Source: Saprospiraceae bacterium
Lineage (GTDB): Bacteria; Bacteroidota; Bacteroidia; Chitinophagales; Saprospiraceae
Direction of reading: 5' to 3'
DNA length: 56,841 nucleotides
Assembly: GCA_049315745.1 (NCBI GenBank)
Contig: JBMOJO010000001.1
Coordinates: forward strand, 1 to 56,841
Shown here: positions 17,789 to 28,447 of the stretch, in pieces
Layout of the letters: every line of letters starts with the position of its first letter
Numbering within the stretch: the first letter of the stretch is position 1
Translations under genes and position numbers: made by a program
Notes under the pieces: generated by a model
The model's input: only the letters and a program-made list of their open reading frames with translations
Told to the model about the DNA's origin: nothing
The model's database searches: none

Positions 17789-17851
17789 GTTTTCTCATAG
17801 TATGTTGCTGGCTCCTACGATCAACCTCCCTGATCGTAGGAGCTTTTTTTT
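17789..17851 (+). ncRNA. Small terminator-capped unit 3 (candidate sRNA): box GTTTTCTCATAGTATG + 13-bp hairpin GCTCCTACGATCA/TGATCGTAGGAGC + T8
   Basis: An imperfect -7 box TACATTTA lies at 17774-17781. An upstream box TATCCTAAAATGG (17733-17745) parallels ATACCCTAAATGG (17574-17586) in front of unit 2. Confidence 0.4.
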
Positions 17852-17985
17852 GGGTAGCTACCCCCCCGGTGCCCGTCCGGAAAATCCGGCGGGCAAAATC
17901 CGCACCGGCCACTCGGGTGTGATGTGAAAGTGCCGGCGGCCTGTTTCCGGCCCGCGGCGATCCGAAAGCAGCACATTTATTTTTC

Positions 17986-18127
17986 GTATCTATTTACCAG
18001 GGGTATCCGCGGCTTCGCCGCGAAGGGTTTTATTTGGTGTGCGTGCATTTTTTACGCGCGAACGCGCGTAAAAAATGCACGCACACCAAAGATTATTTCC
18101 CAGGGCAATGACCTGCTAAATAGATAC
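17986..18127. mobile_element. MITE-like element, family A copy 1 (142 bp; TIR GTATCTATTTA / TAAATAGATAC; 8-bp TSD TATTTTTC)
   Basis: The TIRs and the flanking direct repeats (17978-17985 and 18128-18135) are read directly. The internal perfect 28-2-28 palindrome spans 18033-18090. There is no ORF. Confidence 0.8.
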
Positions 18128-20646
18128 TATTTTTCTACGATAAAAAAAGATCGTTCCAGTTGATTGCCGTCGGTGTCAACGAGGGTAAGCACATGGTGGC
18201 CGGCGCTTGGCCTGAGTTCGAAGTGGTGAAAAGTTTGGGTGCTTCCTAAATATATTTTATCCAGATGCCAGAAGACGCGGGTGTCGGGGTTTCGGTGGGC
18301 AAGTTTAAATACCGTTGCGGATAAGTTTCCGTCCAGGTCTTTCGGAATATAAATTCGGGCATTGCGGGATGGATAGATTAGTTGCATAGGGCTATTTGCC
18401 CCGTCATATTGTACGGCGCCTTGTGCACAGTCGGGGCGAAGCGGCGGGAGTGGCTGATACGCTGGATGTTTTTTCCTGTAATAAAATTCCTCGAGGGTAG
18501 GGAGGACGAACCAGCTCTCGTGAAGGATGGTTTCTGCGGGCTGGCAACTTGCGCTGACCTGAAAGTTGCGCCCCGGGTCTAAATGGATCAGGGTATGGAA
18601 GCGGCAGTCGGGGGCAAGGGCACTTTTTGCGGGCAGCAGTACCGTATCTGCGGGGCAAAACCTTCCTGCCGGCCATCCGCTTTCCCGGCATACCGGGCTT
18701 TTCCTTAGCCCATCGTATGGTTTCTGAAACCATCCGGAAGCCGGCAGCAAGCCAAAGAGTTCGAACATAAAGGGCGCGGCCACACGGGTGCCGATGAGAC
18801 CGGGGCGTCCTACGCCATCGGCATTGCCTACCCAGGTGGCGACCAGGTACTCGGGGGTAAGGCCAATTGCCCAGGCATCCCTGAAGCCGAAGCTGGTCCC
18901 CGTTTTCCAGGCAATTCTTCGACTTGAGCTAAAGTATTGCCAGTCGCCTTCGGATTCCGGTCTTCCCAGTTCCTGCATAGCCTCGAAGGTATGCCAGAGC
19001 GTGCCGGCATCGAAGCGGGGCGCTTTTCGCAAAAATGCGTCGGGGCGTTCGGGCACCGGATGGTTTTGCAGAAAATCCAGAGGGCGGAAATCGTTTTTGC
19101 GGTATCTGCTATTGTGGCTGTTAAAGGTGAGGAGGGTTCTGGCCATGGAGGTATAGACTCCGCCGATGTCCCAGAGGGTGGCTTCGGCACCGCCCAGTAT
19201 AAGCGAGAGGCCGTAGTGGTCGGGGCCTTTCGTAACCGTGCTTATGCCGAGTTTGTGAAGCTGATAATGCAGCCGCCCGACACCATATTGCCTCAAGAGA
19301 TGTACAAATGGAACGTTGAGGGAGCGGGACAGGGCTTTATCTGCGGGTGCCATCCCGTCGTAGTCACGTTGAAAATTTTCAGGATGGTAGCCATTGATAT
19401 TCATCGGCACGTCCGGCAGCAGGCTTGAAGGCAGGATACTGCCCTCCTGGACTGCCAGGGCGAAGAGTATGGGTTTGAGGATGCTACCGGTACTGCGCGG
19501 TGCGGTGACGATATCCACTTCCTGTCCGTGTGCTGCACCGGTGTTGGGCGCGTTGCCAATATATGCGAGGACCCTGCCGCTCGGTACATGTACGATCAGG
19601 GCAGCCAGGTTATGGATTTCGTTAAACTTGAGGACGAGATGGTTGCGGGCGCTTACTTCTATGGCTTTTTGCTGCAGGTCGGCGCTGATTGAAGTCTTAA
19701 TCCTTTGGCCGGGCTTTGTTGCCGCTACGCGCTGGAGCAGGTGCGGGGCCAGGGCCGGGAGCGGAAGCGGGGCATCGGGTAGCGGCTCGGAAAGCGCGAG
19801 GTCTAGCGACAAAGCATCAATTTTGCCTCTTTGGTGCAACTTCTTGAGCAACCTGTTCCGCTTCAGGCGCAATGCCTCCCGATTTCGGCCGGGGTGGATA
19901 AGTGCAGGGCTGTTGGGCAGAATGGCCAGCAGGGCCGCTTCGGCCCAGGAAAGGAAGTGGGGCGGTTTTCCGAAATATCTCCACGCTGCGGCTTCGATAC
20001 CTACCACATTGCCGCCAAAAGGCGCCTGTGCGGCATAGAAGTGCAGGATACGTTTTTTCGGATAACGCAATTCGAGACGGGTCGCCAGAATGACCTCGAT
20101 AATTTTTTCAGGGATATTTCTCGATTTCCCCTTCCTCGACAGGCGGACGACCTGCATACTCAGGGTACTGCCCCCGCTGATGACCCTGCGGCCGCGCAGA
20201 TTCTGCAGTACCGCACGGCCAAAAGCGAGCGGGTCAACGCCTGGATGATAAAAGAACCGCTGGTCTTCAAATGCGACCAACGCCCGGACGTATTTTTCCG
20301 GAAGGCTGTCCGGTTCGGGAAAGCGCCATTGACCGTCTCCAGCAATCCTGGCGCCAAGCAGCCGGCCCGATTGATCTTCGATGACCGTACTGAAGGGGGC
20401 ATCGAACAATTTTTTTGGCAAACAAAATACATACCCAAGCAATAACGGCAGGGATACCAGGAAATAAAGCCGTTTGCGGGGATGGTGCCAGATATGCGAC
20501 TTTAACCAGACGAAGAGGCTTCCTGCCGTTGATAGGAAAAGCCTGAGCAGCCAGGAGCTTTTCACGGAAAGGTAGTGTAGCCGCTTGCCGGCAGCAATGC
20601 GGATTATCCGCCCATACCGGAAATCATATCTTCGGGTTTCACCCAT
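18127..20646 (-). CDS. pbpC: Penicillin-binding protein 1C (bifunctional glycosyltransferase/transpeptidase)
   Basis: GT51 motifs ([31 protein letters not shown]-like, [10 protein letters not shown]), a transpeptidase core (STGSILKP) and a PBP1C-type C-terminal domain. The ATG at 20646 overlaps the fumC 3' end by 43 nt. An in-frame GTG at 20565 is an alternative start. Confidence 0.85.
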   Translation of the reverse strand: MGETRRYDFRYGRIIRIAAGKRLHYLSVKSSWLLRLFLSTAGSLFVWLKSHIWHHPRKRLYFLVSLPLLLGYVFCLPKKLFDAPFSTVIEDQSGRLLGARIAGDGQWRFPEPDSLPEKYVRALVAFEDQRFFYHPGVDPLAFGRAVLQNLRGRRVISGGSTLSMQVVRLSRKGKSRNIPEKIIEVILATRLELRYPKKRILHFYAAQAPFGGNVVGIEAAAWRYFGKPPHFLSWAEAALLAILPNSPALIHPGRNREALRLKRNRLLKKLHQRGKIDALSLDLALSEPLPDAPLPLPALAPHLLQRVAATKPGQRIKTSISADLQQKAIEVSARNHLVLKFNEIHNLAALIVHVPSGRVLAYIGNAPNTGAAHGQEVDIVTAPRSTGSILKPILFALAVQEGSILPSSLLPDVPMNINGYHPENFQRDYDGMAPADKALSRSLNVPFVHLLRQYGVGRLHYQLHKLGISTVTKGPDHYGLSLILGGAEATLWDIGGVYTSMARTLLTFNSHNSRYRKNDFRPLDFLQNHPVPERPDAFLRKAPRFDAGTLWHTFEAMQELGRPESEGDWQYFSSSRRIAWKTGTSFGFRDAWAIGLTPEYLVATWVGNADGVGRPGLIGTRVAAPFMFELFGLLPASGWFQKPYDGLRKSPVCRESGWPAGRFCPADTVLLPAKSALAPDCRFHTLIHLDPGRNFQVSASCQPAETILHESWFVLPTLEEFYYRKKHPAYQPLPPLRPDCAQGAVQYDGANSPMQLIYPSRNARIYIPKDLDGNLSATVFKLAHRNPDTRVFWHLDKIYLGSTQTFHHFELRPSAGHHVLTLVDTDGNQLERSFFIVEK

Positions 20647-22001
20647 TCGTCAAATTGTTCTGCGGACAAAAGGCCCAACTGGAGTGCGGCTTCTTTAAGG
20701 GTCGTATTTTCGGCATACGCCTTCTTCGCAATTCTGGCTGCGTTGTCATACCCGATGTGGGTATTCAGGGCGGTGACGAGCATCAAAGAGTTATTGAGCT
20801 GCTCCCGGATACGCGCAACGTTCGGTTCTATACCAACGGCACAATGATCGTTGAAGCTCACACAAGCATCCCCGATTAATTGGGCGGAAGTGAGGAAGTT
20901 GAAAATAATGAGGGGTTTGAAAACATTGAGCTCGAAATGTCCGTTCATCCCACCGATATTGATGGCCACGTCGTTGCCGATCACCTGGGCCATCGCCATG
21001 GTAAGGGCCTCCGATTGTGTGGGGTTCACTTTTCCGGGCATGATCGAAGAGCCCGGCTCGTTGGAGGGGATGATGATTTCCCCGATACCGGAGCGCGGGC
21101 CGGAGGAGAGCATCCGGATATCGTTACCGATTTTCATCAGTGAAACGGCAACCGTCTTGAGCGCTCCGTGTGCTTCGACGAGGGCATCGTGGGTAGCGAG
21201 CGCTTCAAACTTATTGGGTGCGGTGACGAACGGCAGTCCGGAAAGGGCAGCGATATGCCGGGCGACATTTTCAGAATATCCCGGAGGGGTATTAAGCCCG
21301 GTGCCGACCGCAGTGCCCCCAAGGGCGAGTTCGGCGATTCTTGGAAGGGTGTTCCGAATAGCCCGTATCCCGTTTTTAAGTTGTACGGCATAGCCGGAGA
21401 GTTCCTGGCCGAGCGTCATCGGGGTAGCGTCCATGAAGTGGGTGCGCCCGATCTTTACAATGTCCATATATGCTGCTGCCTTTTTCTCAAGGGTAAGGCG
21501 AAGGGTTTCCAGACCGGGAAGGGTTACTTCGATCAATTTCTGATAGGCGGCGATGTGCATGGCCGTGGGAAAAGTATCGTTCGACGATTGGGACTGGTTG
21601 ACGTCGTCGTTGGGGTGCAGGGCTTTTTTTTCATCGGTGAGCTTTCCACCGGTGAGTACATGCGCCCGGTTGGCAATGACTTCGTTGACGTTCATGTTGC
21701 TTTGCGTCCCCGAGCCGGTCTGCCATACGACGAGGGGGAACTGATCTGCCAGCCGGCCTTCCAGGATTTCATCACAGACCCTGGAGATCAGGTCTTTTTT
21801 TGTTTCGGGCAATATACCGGCTTCGTAGTTGGTAAGCGCTGCGGCCTTCTTGAGGATAGCGAAAGCACGGATGAGCTCATGGGGCATCAGGTGCCCGCCG
21901 ATCTTAAAATTCTCAAAAGACCGTTGTGTCTGGGCTCCCCAGTATTTGTCGGCGGGGACCTCTACATAGCCTATACTGTCTTTTTCTTTGCGAAATTCCA
22001 T
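20604..22001 (-). CDS. fumC: Class II fumarate hydratase
   Basis: [29 protein letters not shown]-terminus and [16 protein letters not shown] signature. The start at the ATG ending at 22001 is preferred over the upstream ORF-track start. Confidence 0.95.
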   Translation of the reverse strand: MEFRKEKDSIGYVEVPADKYWGAQTQRSFENFKIGGHLMPHELIRAFAILKKAAALTNYEAGILPETKKDLISRVCDEILEGRLADQFPLVVWQTGSGTQSNMNVNEVIANRAHVLTGGKLTDEKKALHPNDDVNQSQSSNDTFPTAMHIAAYQKLIEVTLPGLETLRLTLEKKAAAYMDIVKIGRTHFMDATPMTLGQELSGYAVQLKNGIRAIRNTLPRIAELALGGTAVGTGLNTPPGYSENVARHIAALSGLPFVTAPNKFEALATHDALVEAHGALKTVAVSLMKIGNDIRMLSSGPRSGIGEIIIPSNEPGSSIMPGKVNPTQSEALTMAMAQVIGNDVAINIGGMNGHFELNVFKPLIIFNFLTSAQLIGDACVSFNDHCAVGIEPNVARIREQLNNSLMLVTALNTHIGYDNAARIAKKAYAENTTLKEAALQLGLLSAEQFDEWVKPEDMISGMGG

Positions 22002-22387
22002 AGTTTTTAATGAGGATTGTTTGAAGCTTGTAAAATGAAGCGGAGAGTGGCCGCTTCCCCTTATCTGTAACGCATAAGCGGAAAAAACCGGCATAAAATT
22101 AGGGCAATATTTTATTGATGTCCGATTTTTTTCCCTTTTTCGTGCCTAAACCAAAACAGCAGCTTTGCGTTTCAAATACCAAGGAACTGTGTAGAAAAAA
22201 TTTCTTCGCTCCAATATGGAAATTTTACTTTTCAAAGATGCCAGAGCAGCCCACTATGGGGAGTTAAAATAGCATATTATGAGCTGAAAATAAAATTTCG
22301 CCGGGGTAGCGCAGGAAATTAATACACAACCCGCTGCGGCGTTTCATTTTATAACCGAAGGATTCCTTCAACCTAAAAAACCATATC

Positions 22388-22999
22388 ATGGCTTTTCAAC
22401 TTCCGAATCTTCCCTATGGATTTGATGCACTGGAACCACACGTGGATGCCCGTACGATGGAAATCCATCATGGCAAGCACCATGCCGCCTATACCAACAA
22501 CCTGAACGCTGCAATTCAGGGCACCGAAATGGAGGGCCTGGGCATCGGGGCGATCCTGGCGAATATTTCCAAATATCCCGCGGTGGTGCGCAACAATGGT
22601 GGGGGTTTTTACAACCACAACCTGTTCTGGGAGATTATGTCGCCTGATGGAGGCCCGCAGCCGAAGGAAGGTACTGCAATCCACGAGGCGATCCTGGCAG
22701 ATTTCGGCACATACGAAGCATTTCGCAAAGCGTTCTCTGCCGCTGCCGCAACGCGTTTCGGATCCGGGTGGTCGTGGCTTTGTGTGGGCGCGGATAAAAA
22801 GCTGTTTGTATGTTCTACTCCCAACCAGGATAACCCGTTGATGGATATTGCCGAGCAGAAAGGGACGCCAATCCTCGGGCTCGATGTCTGGGAACACGCC
22901 TACTACCTGAATTACCAAAACCGGCGTCCGGACTATATCGAGGCGTTCTTCAACGTCATCAACTGGGATGAGGTGGAAGCCCGCTTTCTGCGCGCATAA
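22388..22999 (+). CDS. Fe/Mn-family superoxide dismutase
   Basis: LPYGFDALEPHVDARTMEIHHGKHH and DVWEHAYYLNYQNRR motifs. Metal specificity cannot be judged by eye. Confidence 0.95.
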   Translation: MAFQLPNLPYGFDALEPHVDARTMEIHHGKHHAAYTNNLNAAIQGTEMEGLGIGAILANISKYPAVVRNNGGGFYNHNLFWEIMSPDGGPQPKEGTAIHEAILADFGTYEAFRKAFSAAAATRFGSGWSWLCVGADKKLFVCSTPNQDNPLMDIAEQKGTPILGLDVWEHAYYLNYQNRRPDYIEAFFNVINWDEVEARFLRA

Positions 23000-23022
23000 A
23001 TTCAGGCAGCTATCCGAAGAAG

Positions 23023-23523
23023 TTAATTGCGTGCCAAGCCAGTTTTTACAGCATCCAGAATCCGTTTCGCCTCAGCGAGGGTAAACTGTTCGTTAAAGGC
23101 CGTGGTGAAGATGTATTCTTTGTCTGCCTGCAGATGGACGTACCGAAAGCTGTAATATTCGGAAGCTCCGCTGCGCAGGCTAAAGACAAAGCCGTTTTCG
23201 TCCTCTTCCAGGATTTTCTGGAATTCGGCGGTACTCTTCACTTCTTCTACCTGGTTGGATTTCAGCGCCGGAAGGTCATTGGTGAACACGGGCTGGATGT
23301 AGATTTGTAGTCCGAAGCGCTCCGAGGGTTTGCCGATGGTAACGTCTTCGACCATGCCGACCCGGGTAACGTTAACGGTTGCGCTATCGGGCGCGAGTAT
23401 GGTAATCGGAATGCCGTTGGCCAAAAGGTCCAGTGGCTGCCATGTTTCTGTTTGCGGCGTATGCCTTGTGCAGGCGGCAATGAGAAAGGTGAGGGCGCAT
23501 AAAAAAAGCGGTAATCGGTTCAT
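23023..23523 (-). CDS. Hypothetical lipoprotein
   Basis: 166 aa with signal peptide and lipobox (LTFLIAACTRH). No domain recognised. Confidence 0.55.
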   Translation of the reverse strand: MNRLPLFLCALTFLIAACTRHTPQTETWQPLDLLANGIPITILAPDSATVNVTRVGMVEDVTIGKPSERFGLQIYIQPVFTNDLPALKSNQVEEVKSTAEFQKILEEDENGFVFSLRSGASEYYSFRYVHLQADKEYIFTTAFNEQFTLAEAKRILDAVKTGLARN

Positions 23524-23818
23524 TGTACAAGCTTCATTTTTTTAATGCTGAAATTTCGGCGATCCACTTTGGAACCATGCGCTAAATTACACAATTCCGT
23601 TAGGGCAGGCACCTGATCTTTGCATCTGATTTGCAAAAGTGCCGCATTTCCTTTCCTGCTATGTTGTAAATCGCTTATTTTTGCTTCCGGAAGGCCTCAG
23701 AAAGCACAGATTAGCGCTCCTGTGGCCAAAACCAGGTGGATAAGCCCCGGGGGATGTGTACTGCATGCTGTTCCCCACCCCTTTTTTACACCATATATAA
23801 AGGATTAGCAAAGTAAAA

Positions 23819-25483
23819 ATGATCCAAAGGCTGTACATACGCAATTATGCCTTAATTGACCAATTGGACCTGCATTTTGCAGATGGCCTGACGATTATCA
23901 CCGGCGAGACCGGTGCGGGGAAGTCTATTCTCTTAGGCGCCCTTGGCCTGATCATGGGCCATCGCGCCGACAATAAAACTTTGCTGAACGATCAGGAAAA
24001 GTGTGTGGTGGAGGGGTACTTCGATATACGGGAATATGAGCTGCATGACTTTTTCAAAGAAAACGACATTGATTACGATGATAACCTGGTGCTGCGCAGG
24101 GAGCTTTTGCCCTCGGGAAAATCCCGTGGTTTCATCAACGATACCCCTGCCAACCTGAAGCTCATGCAGGAGATCTGCGCCGAATTGGTGGATCTCCACC
24201 AGCAGTTCGACACCTTGGATATCAACGACAGCTCTTTTCAGCTCAAGATGCTCGATGCGCTTGCCGAGAATAAAGACCTGCTTACCCGTTACCGTGCGAT
24301 TTTTCGCGATTTTCAATCTAACCGAAGAAAGCTTGAAGGCCTTCTTCAGGCCAGCGGGCGTATGGAGCGGGAAACCGAGTTCCTGCGCTTTCAGCTCGAG
24401 GAATTGCATGCCGCTGCCCTGCAGGCCGACGAGCAAGCCGTCCTGGAGGAAGAACTGCGTTCTTTGACCCATGCGGAGGAAATTAAGCGGGTAAGCGCTG
24501 CGGCGTTCCGGCAATTGGCCGAAAGTGAGATAGCGATCCTGGGCCAATTACAGGAGCTCGGTCAGGTTTTAGGGCCGGTCGGGCGCTACGATCAGCGCAT
24601 TGCGGCGCTCTATACCCGCCTCAATAGCCAGGCGCTTGAACTCCAGGACATTGCCAACGAACTGGAGCAGGTGGCAGAAAGTACGGAGTATGATCCTGAG
24701 CGTATCGCACAGGTACAGCAGCGCCTGGATTTGGTTTACCGCCTGCAGAAGAAACACGGCGTCAATACGGTCCAGGCCCTTCTGGACCTGATGCGGGATT
24801 TTGAACACCAACTCGAAGGCTTCTCAGACCTTGATGCGGAAACGGAAGCCTTGAAAAAAGCGATACAGGTACAGGATAGCGCGCTCAAAGAGTTGGCGGA
24901 CCACCTGAGCGAACGCCGAAAATCCGTCCAGGAGGGTTTTTCCCGGGATATCACCGGGCTGCTTGCCCAGCTTGCTATGGAGCACGCGCAGCTGCAGATC
25001 GAGTTTCGTCAATTACCTGCACTTGGACCAAATGGTGTGGACGAGGTAAGCTTTTTGTTTGCTGCCAACCGGGGCAGCCGGCTGCTGCCGATCCGCGACG
25101 TGGCCTCCGGCGGCGAATTGTCCCGGCTTGCCCTGGTCGCCAAGTCCCTTGTGGCAAGCGCGATTCCCCTGCCTACCCTCATTTTTGACGAAATTGATTC
25201 CGGGATTTCGGGCGATGTCGCGTTGAAAATGGGTAAAATCCTGCGCCGCCTGTCCAACGGGCACCAGGTCGTGACGATTACCCACTCCCCCCAGGTGGCT
25301 TCAAAGGCCGACAGGCATTTCTTTGTATATAAGCGTTTTGATGACGAAAAAACGATTACCAGGGTCAGAGCGCTTGATCCTGCAGAGGAAGTCCGGGCGA
25401 TAGCCGTCATGCTCAGTCAAAACCCGCCTTCGGAATCGGCAATGGAAAATGCGCGGGAGCTGTTGAGGGGAAAAAACGATTAA
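23819..25483 (+). CDS. recN: DNA repair protein RecN
   Basis: Walker A GETGAGKSILLGAL, a long coiled coil, an ASGGELSRL signature and Walker B LIFDEIDSGISG. 554 aa. Confidence 0.95.
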   Translation: MIQRLYIRNYALIDQLDLHFADGLTIITGETGAGKSILLGALGLIMGHRADNKTLLNDQEKCVVEGYFDIREYELHDFFKENDIDYDDNLVLRRELLPSGKSRGFINDTPANLKLMQEICAELVDLHQQFDTLDINDSSFQLKMLDALAENKDLLTRYRAIFRDFQSNRRKLEGLLQASGRMERETEFLRFQLEELHAAALQADEQAVLEEELRSLTHAEEIKRVSAAAFRQLAESEIAILGQLQELGQVLGPVGRYDQRIAALYTRLNSQALELQDIANELEQVAESTEYDPERIAQVQQRLDLVYRLQKKHGVNTVQALLDLMRDFEHQLEGFSDLDAETEALKKAIQVQDSALKELADHLSERRKSVQEGFSRDITGLLAQLAMEHAQLQIEFRQLPALGPNGVDEVSFLFAANRGSRLLPIRDVASGGELSRLALVAKSLVASAIPLPTLIFDEIDSGISGDVALKMGKILRRLSNGHQVVTITHSPQVASKADRHFFVYKRFDDEKTITRVRALDPAEEVRAIAVMLSQNPPSESAMENARELLRGKND

Positions 25484-25521
25484 TAGCGGGAACATTTATA
25501 AATTTTACAGATTTTTCACCT

Positions 25522-26325
25522 ATGGCAAACAATCTTCTATCAGGAAAGCGAGGGGTTATCTTTGGCGCGCTCGATGAGCAATCTATTGCATGGAAAGTGG
25601 CAGCGCGTTGCGTGGAGGAAGGGGCTGCGATTACCCTGACCAATGCACCGGTAGCGATGCGCTTCGGAGAAATCCAAAAACTTGCCACACAAACCGGGGC
25701 AGAAGTGATTGCTGCCGATGCAACCAGTATGGAAGACCTGGAATCCCTTTTCGCCAGATCCGTGGAAATTCTCGGTGGGCCCCTGGATTTTGTGCTGCAC
25801 TCCATCGGCATGTCGCTCAATGTACGCAAAAAACGCGCTTATACCGACCTGAACCATGAGTGGATGCTGAAGACGTTCGATATCTCGGCAGTTTCCTTTC
25901 ACAAGATGATGCAGGTACTGTGGAAGCAGGATGCCATGAACGAGGGGGGGTCAATTCTCGCACTGTCGTACATCGCCGCGCAGCGGGTATTCCCGGATTA
26001 TAATGAAATGGCAGAATCCAAAGCCCTGCTGGAATCTTTTGCCCGGAGTTTCGGGTATCATTTCGGTACGCGCAAGAAGGTAAGGGTGAATACCCTGTCC
26101 CAGTCGCCTACCCGAACGACGGCGGGGTCGGGGGTAAAGGGCTTTGAAGAATTTTTCCAGTATGCCGATAAGATGTCGCCGTTGGGCAATGCCTCGGCAG
26201 AAAGTTGTGCAGATTACTGCGTGGCGCTGTTCTCAGACCTTACGCGAATGGTGACGATGCAGAATCTTTATCACGACGGGGGCTTTTCCACAATGGGCAT
26301 GAGCCCGGCGCTCCTTGAAATGTAA
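25522..26325 (+). CDS. fabI: Enoyl-[acyl-carrier-protein] reductase (NADH), FabI type
   Basis: 267 aa with an SDR fold. GKRGVIFGALDEQSIAW, HSIGMS and YIAAQRVFPDYNEMAESKA (Y-x6-K) match the FabI pattern. Confidence 0.88.
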   Translation: MANNLLSGKRGVIFGALDEQSIAWKVAARCVEEGAAITLTNAPVAMRFGEIQKLATQTGAEVIAADATSMEDLESLFARSVEILGGPLDFVLHSIGMSLNVRKKRAYTDLNHEWMLKTFDISAVSFHKMMQVLWKQDAMNEGGSILALSYIAAQRVFPDYNEMAESKALLESFARSFGYHFGTRKKVRVNTLSQSPTRTTAGSGVKGFEEFFQYADKMSPLGNASAESCADYCVALFSDLTRMVTMQNLYHDGGFSTMGMSPALLEM

Positions 26326-26328
26326 TAA

Positions 26329-28287
26329 ATGCCGGTACTGCGAACTTCAGAATGCGCTTGCTGGGCGGTATTGTTTTTGCTGCTGTTCCTGTGCGTTGCC
26401 GCTTTGGGGCAGCGCCCGGGTTTTGGCGGGCAGGGTGGTTTCAACCCTCCACCCGGAGGGCAGCAAGGCACCCAACCTGCACAGCAGGAGCAACAGGAAC
26501 CGGATACTTTTCCGATATTTTCGCTTTTTTCAGAAGATTACGGCCGGATTTATCCCTTTCGCGATACCCTGCTCGATAATTGGTTGCACCAGTACGATGC
26601 GGTACGCCGACGCGAGCAGGACTACAAAAATCTGGGTATTCCGGGGTCGGCGCACCAGGCGCTGGTCTATGCCCCGCGGCTAAGGCGGGGGTTTGATCCA
26701 GGTATTCATCAGTATGACCTTTATATGCTTCCGGCTTCCCGCCTGCCCTTTTACAAAATCCAGCGCGCTTTTACCAACGTCGGTTTTAACCGTGGATCAG
26801 AGCAGACGAATGGGGGTTTTTCGCTCCAGTTTAGCAGAAACTTTGCTGATGGGTTGAATATTTCAATTGATTATCAAAGGCTTAGTCATACTGCGTCGAA
26901 TACGCTTTTCCCGAATCAGCGGGGCAGGAATACAGCGTTGGGGATCGGTTTTTGGGTACAGGGCAAAGGTGGAAGATATCAGGCATTTTTTGCCTTCGCC
27001 GATAATAAGTTTGAACACGACGATAACGGGGGTATTCTTGAAGAACCTGTTCGGGAAGGCGCGTTTTTTACCCCGAACACGACCCCTGTAAATTTGCGTA
27101 CGGCAGGGACCCGGCAGCGCCACCAGGAATTTCTCTATACCCAGTATTACGCGTTGGGTAAGGTTGCAGGCGATAGCGCACGAGGCACCAAACGGCAATT
27201 CCTTCTGGGGCATCAAATCGGGTTCAGGGGCAGTACCTATAAATTTTTTGACCCCGATCCCGCCGAAGATGCCGCTTATTATGGCGCTTTTCAAACCGAT
27301 AGCCGGGGCGTTCGCCATTTTCTGGCACATGATAAGCTGGAGAACCAACTCAAATTGATCGCAGCAGGGCCGGAAACCCGCGGCAACGATTCTGCTCCGC
27401 TGGAGCTCGGTGTGGTGCACACCATTCACCGGATCAGCCAGGAACCACAGGATTCCAGCTTACAGGAGCTGTTTCTGCGGGGCAGTATCGCGTTGCAGCC
27501 GGTTAAAAATATCCGCCTGCGTGGGGAGGCGTACCTGGGCGTCCTGGGCGTTGCGGGCGATTATCAAATAAACGCATCCCTGGCAGGTACTTTAGGGAAA
27601 CATCTGTTGGTATATGCAGAACTCATCAACCAGTTGTATTCGCCTACCCTGATCCAGGAACAGCTTTTTGTGACCCAGGTCCCGGTCTGGCAGAACGCTT
27701 TTGACAAGACCCTGGAGACCAACTTGTCCGGAAAAATTTTCTTTCCATCCCTAAAACTCGAGCTCGGCGCTGCCGCTCATTTATTGAACAACTTCATTTA
27801 TTTTGACACTGCGGCCGTGGCCCGGCAGGTGGCCTCACCCGTTAGTGCGGGGCAGCTGTTCGTGCGCAATACTTTTCGCTTGTGGAAAATTTTTCTCGAC
27901 AACCAGTTGGTATTTCAGGCGGTCGGGCAGGACGTGCTCCGACTTCCGGCATTATTTGGGAAGCACAGTTTATATTTTCAGGGTACCCTGTTCAGGGTTA
28001 TGGAATCCCGTCTGGGGATTGACCTCCGCTATGCAAGCGATTACTTTTCCGATCAGTATTTTCCGCTCACCGGGCAGTTTCATCTGCAGGATCGGGAACA
28101 AATTCTTTTCTATCCGCAGGTGGATGTGTTTTTCAACATGAAGGTCACCAAATTCCGTGCGTTTGTAAAGTGGGAGAACCTAAGCGCGTCGTTGATGGGG
28201 GGGAAATTACTCTATCAGGTGCCAGGCCACCCCTGGCCGCCCGTTTCCGGCTTGCGGCTGGGCTTCAAGTGGAGGTTCACGGAGTGA
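26329..28287 (+). CDS. Putative outer-membrane beta-barrel protein (porin-like)
   Basis: Signal peptide, a Gly/Gln-rich linker, alternating beta-strand-like sequence through to an aromatic-rich C-terminus (GLRLGFKWRFTE). Starts 4 nt after fabI. Confidence 0.55.
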   Translation: MPVLRTSECACWAVLFLLLFLCVAALGQRPGFGGQGGFNPPPGGQQGTQPAQQEQQEPDTFPIFSLFSEDYGRIYPFRDTLLDNWLHQYDAVRRREQDYKNLGIPGSAHQALVYAPRLRRGFDPGIHQYDLYMLPASRLPFYKIQRAFTNVGFNRGSEQTNGGFSLQFSRNFADGLNISIDYQRLSHTASNTLFPNQRGRNTALGIGFWVQGKGGRYQAFFAFADNKFEHDDNGGILEEPVREGAFFTPNTTPVNLRTAGTRQRHQEFLYTQYYALGKVAGDSARGTKRQFLLGHQIGFRGSTYKFFDPDPAEDAAYYGAFQTDSRGVRHFLAHDKLENQLKLIAAGPETRGNDSAPLELGVVHTIHRISQEPQDSSLQELFLRGSIALQPVKNIRLRGEAYLGVLGVAGDYQINASLAGTLGKHLLVYAELINQLYSPTLIQEQLFVTQVPVWQNAFDKTLETNLSGKIFFPSLKLELGAAAHLLNNFIYFDTAAVARQVASPVSAGQLFVRNTFRLWKIFLDNQLVFQAVGQDVLRLPALFGKHSLYFQGTLFRVMESRLGIDLRYASDYFSDQYFPLTGQFHLQDREQILFYPQVDVFFNMKVTKFRAFVKWENLSASLMGGKLLYQVPGHPWPPVSGLRLGFKWRFTE

Positions 28288-28447
28288 GCGAAGATTTCCC
28301 CTGTACAGCCATTTTTAGATGCGTATTTCCCGGCAAAACGGTTGAAAGCGGGACGATCGCGGCCCTAAAAGGCCTTGTGCCGAGGATAAACCGTTCATTT
28401 AACACTTGTGGTGACCCGTGGCAATAGCTGTAGGTATAGGTTTAGAC

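Noticed and set aside
17638-18163. ORFs 17638-17922 (94 aa) and 17924-18163 (79 aa)
   Set aside because: They read straight through two intrinsic terminators and through the family-A MITE. The composition is not protein-like. The region is better explained by the tandem units and the repeat.
21168-22010. 280-aa ORF antisense to fumC (and smaller ones at 20851-21393)
   Set aside because: Shadow ORFs. fumC is certain on the other strand.
22181-22333. Possible third family-B element in the fumC/SOD divergent spacer (also 43280-43313 and 10560-10700 lookalikes)
   Set aside because: There are only partial terminus matches (about 12 of 16) and short internal similarities. That is not enough to call boundaries, so they are mentioned under the family-B finding only.
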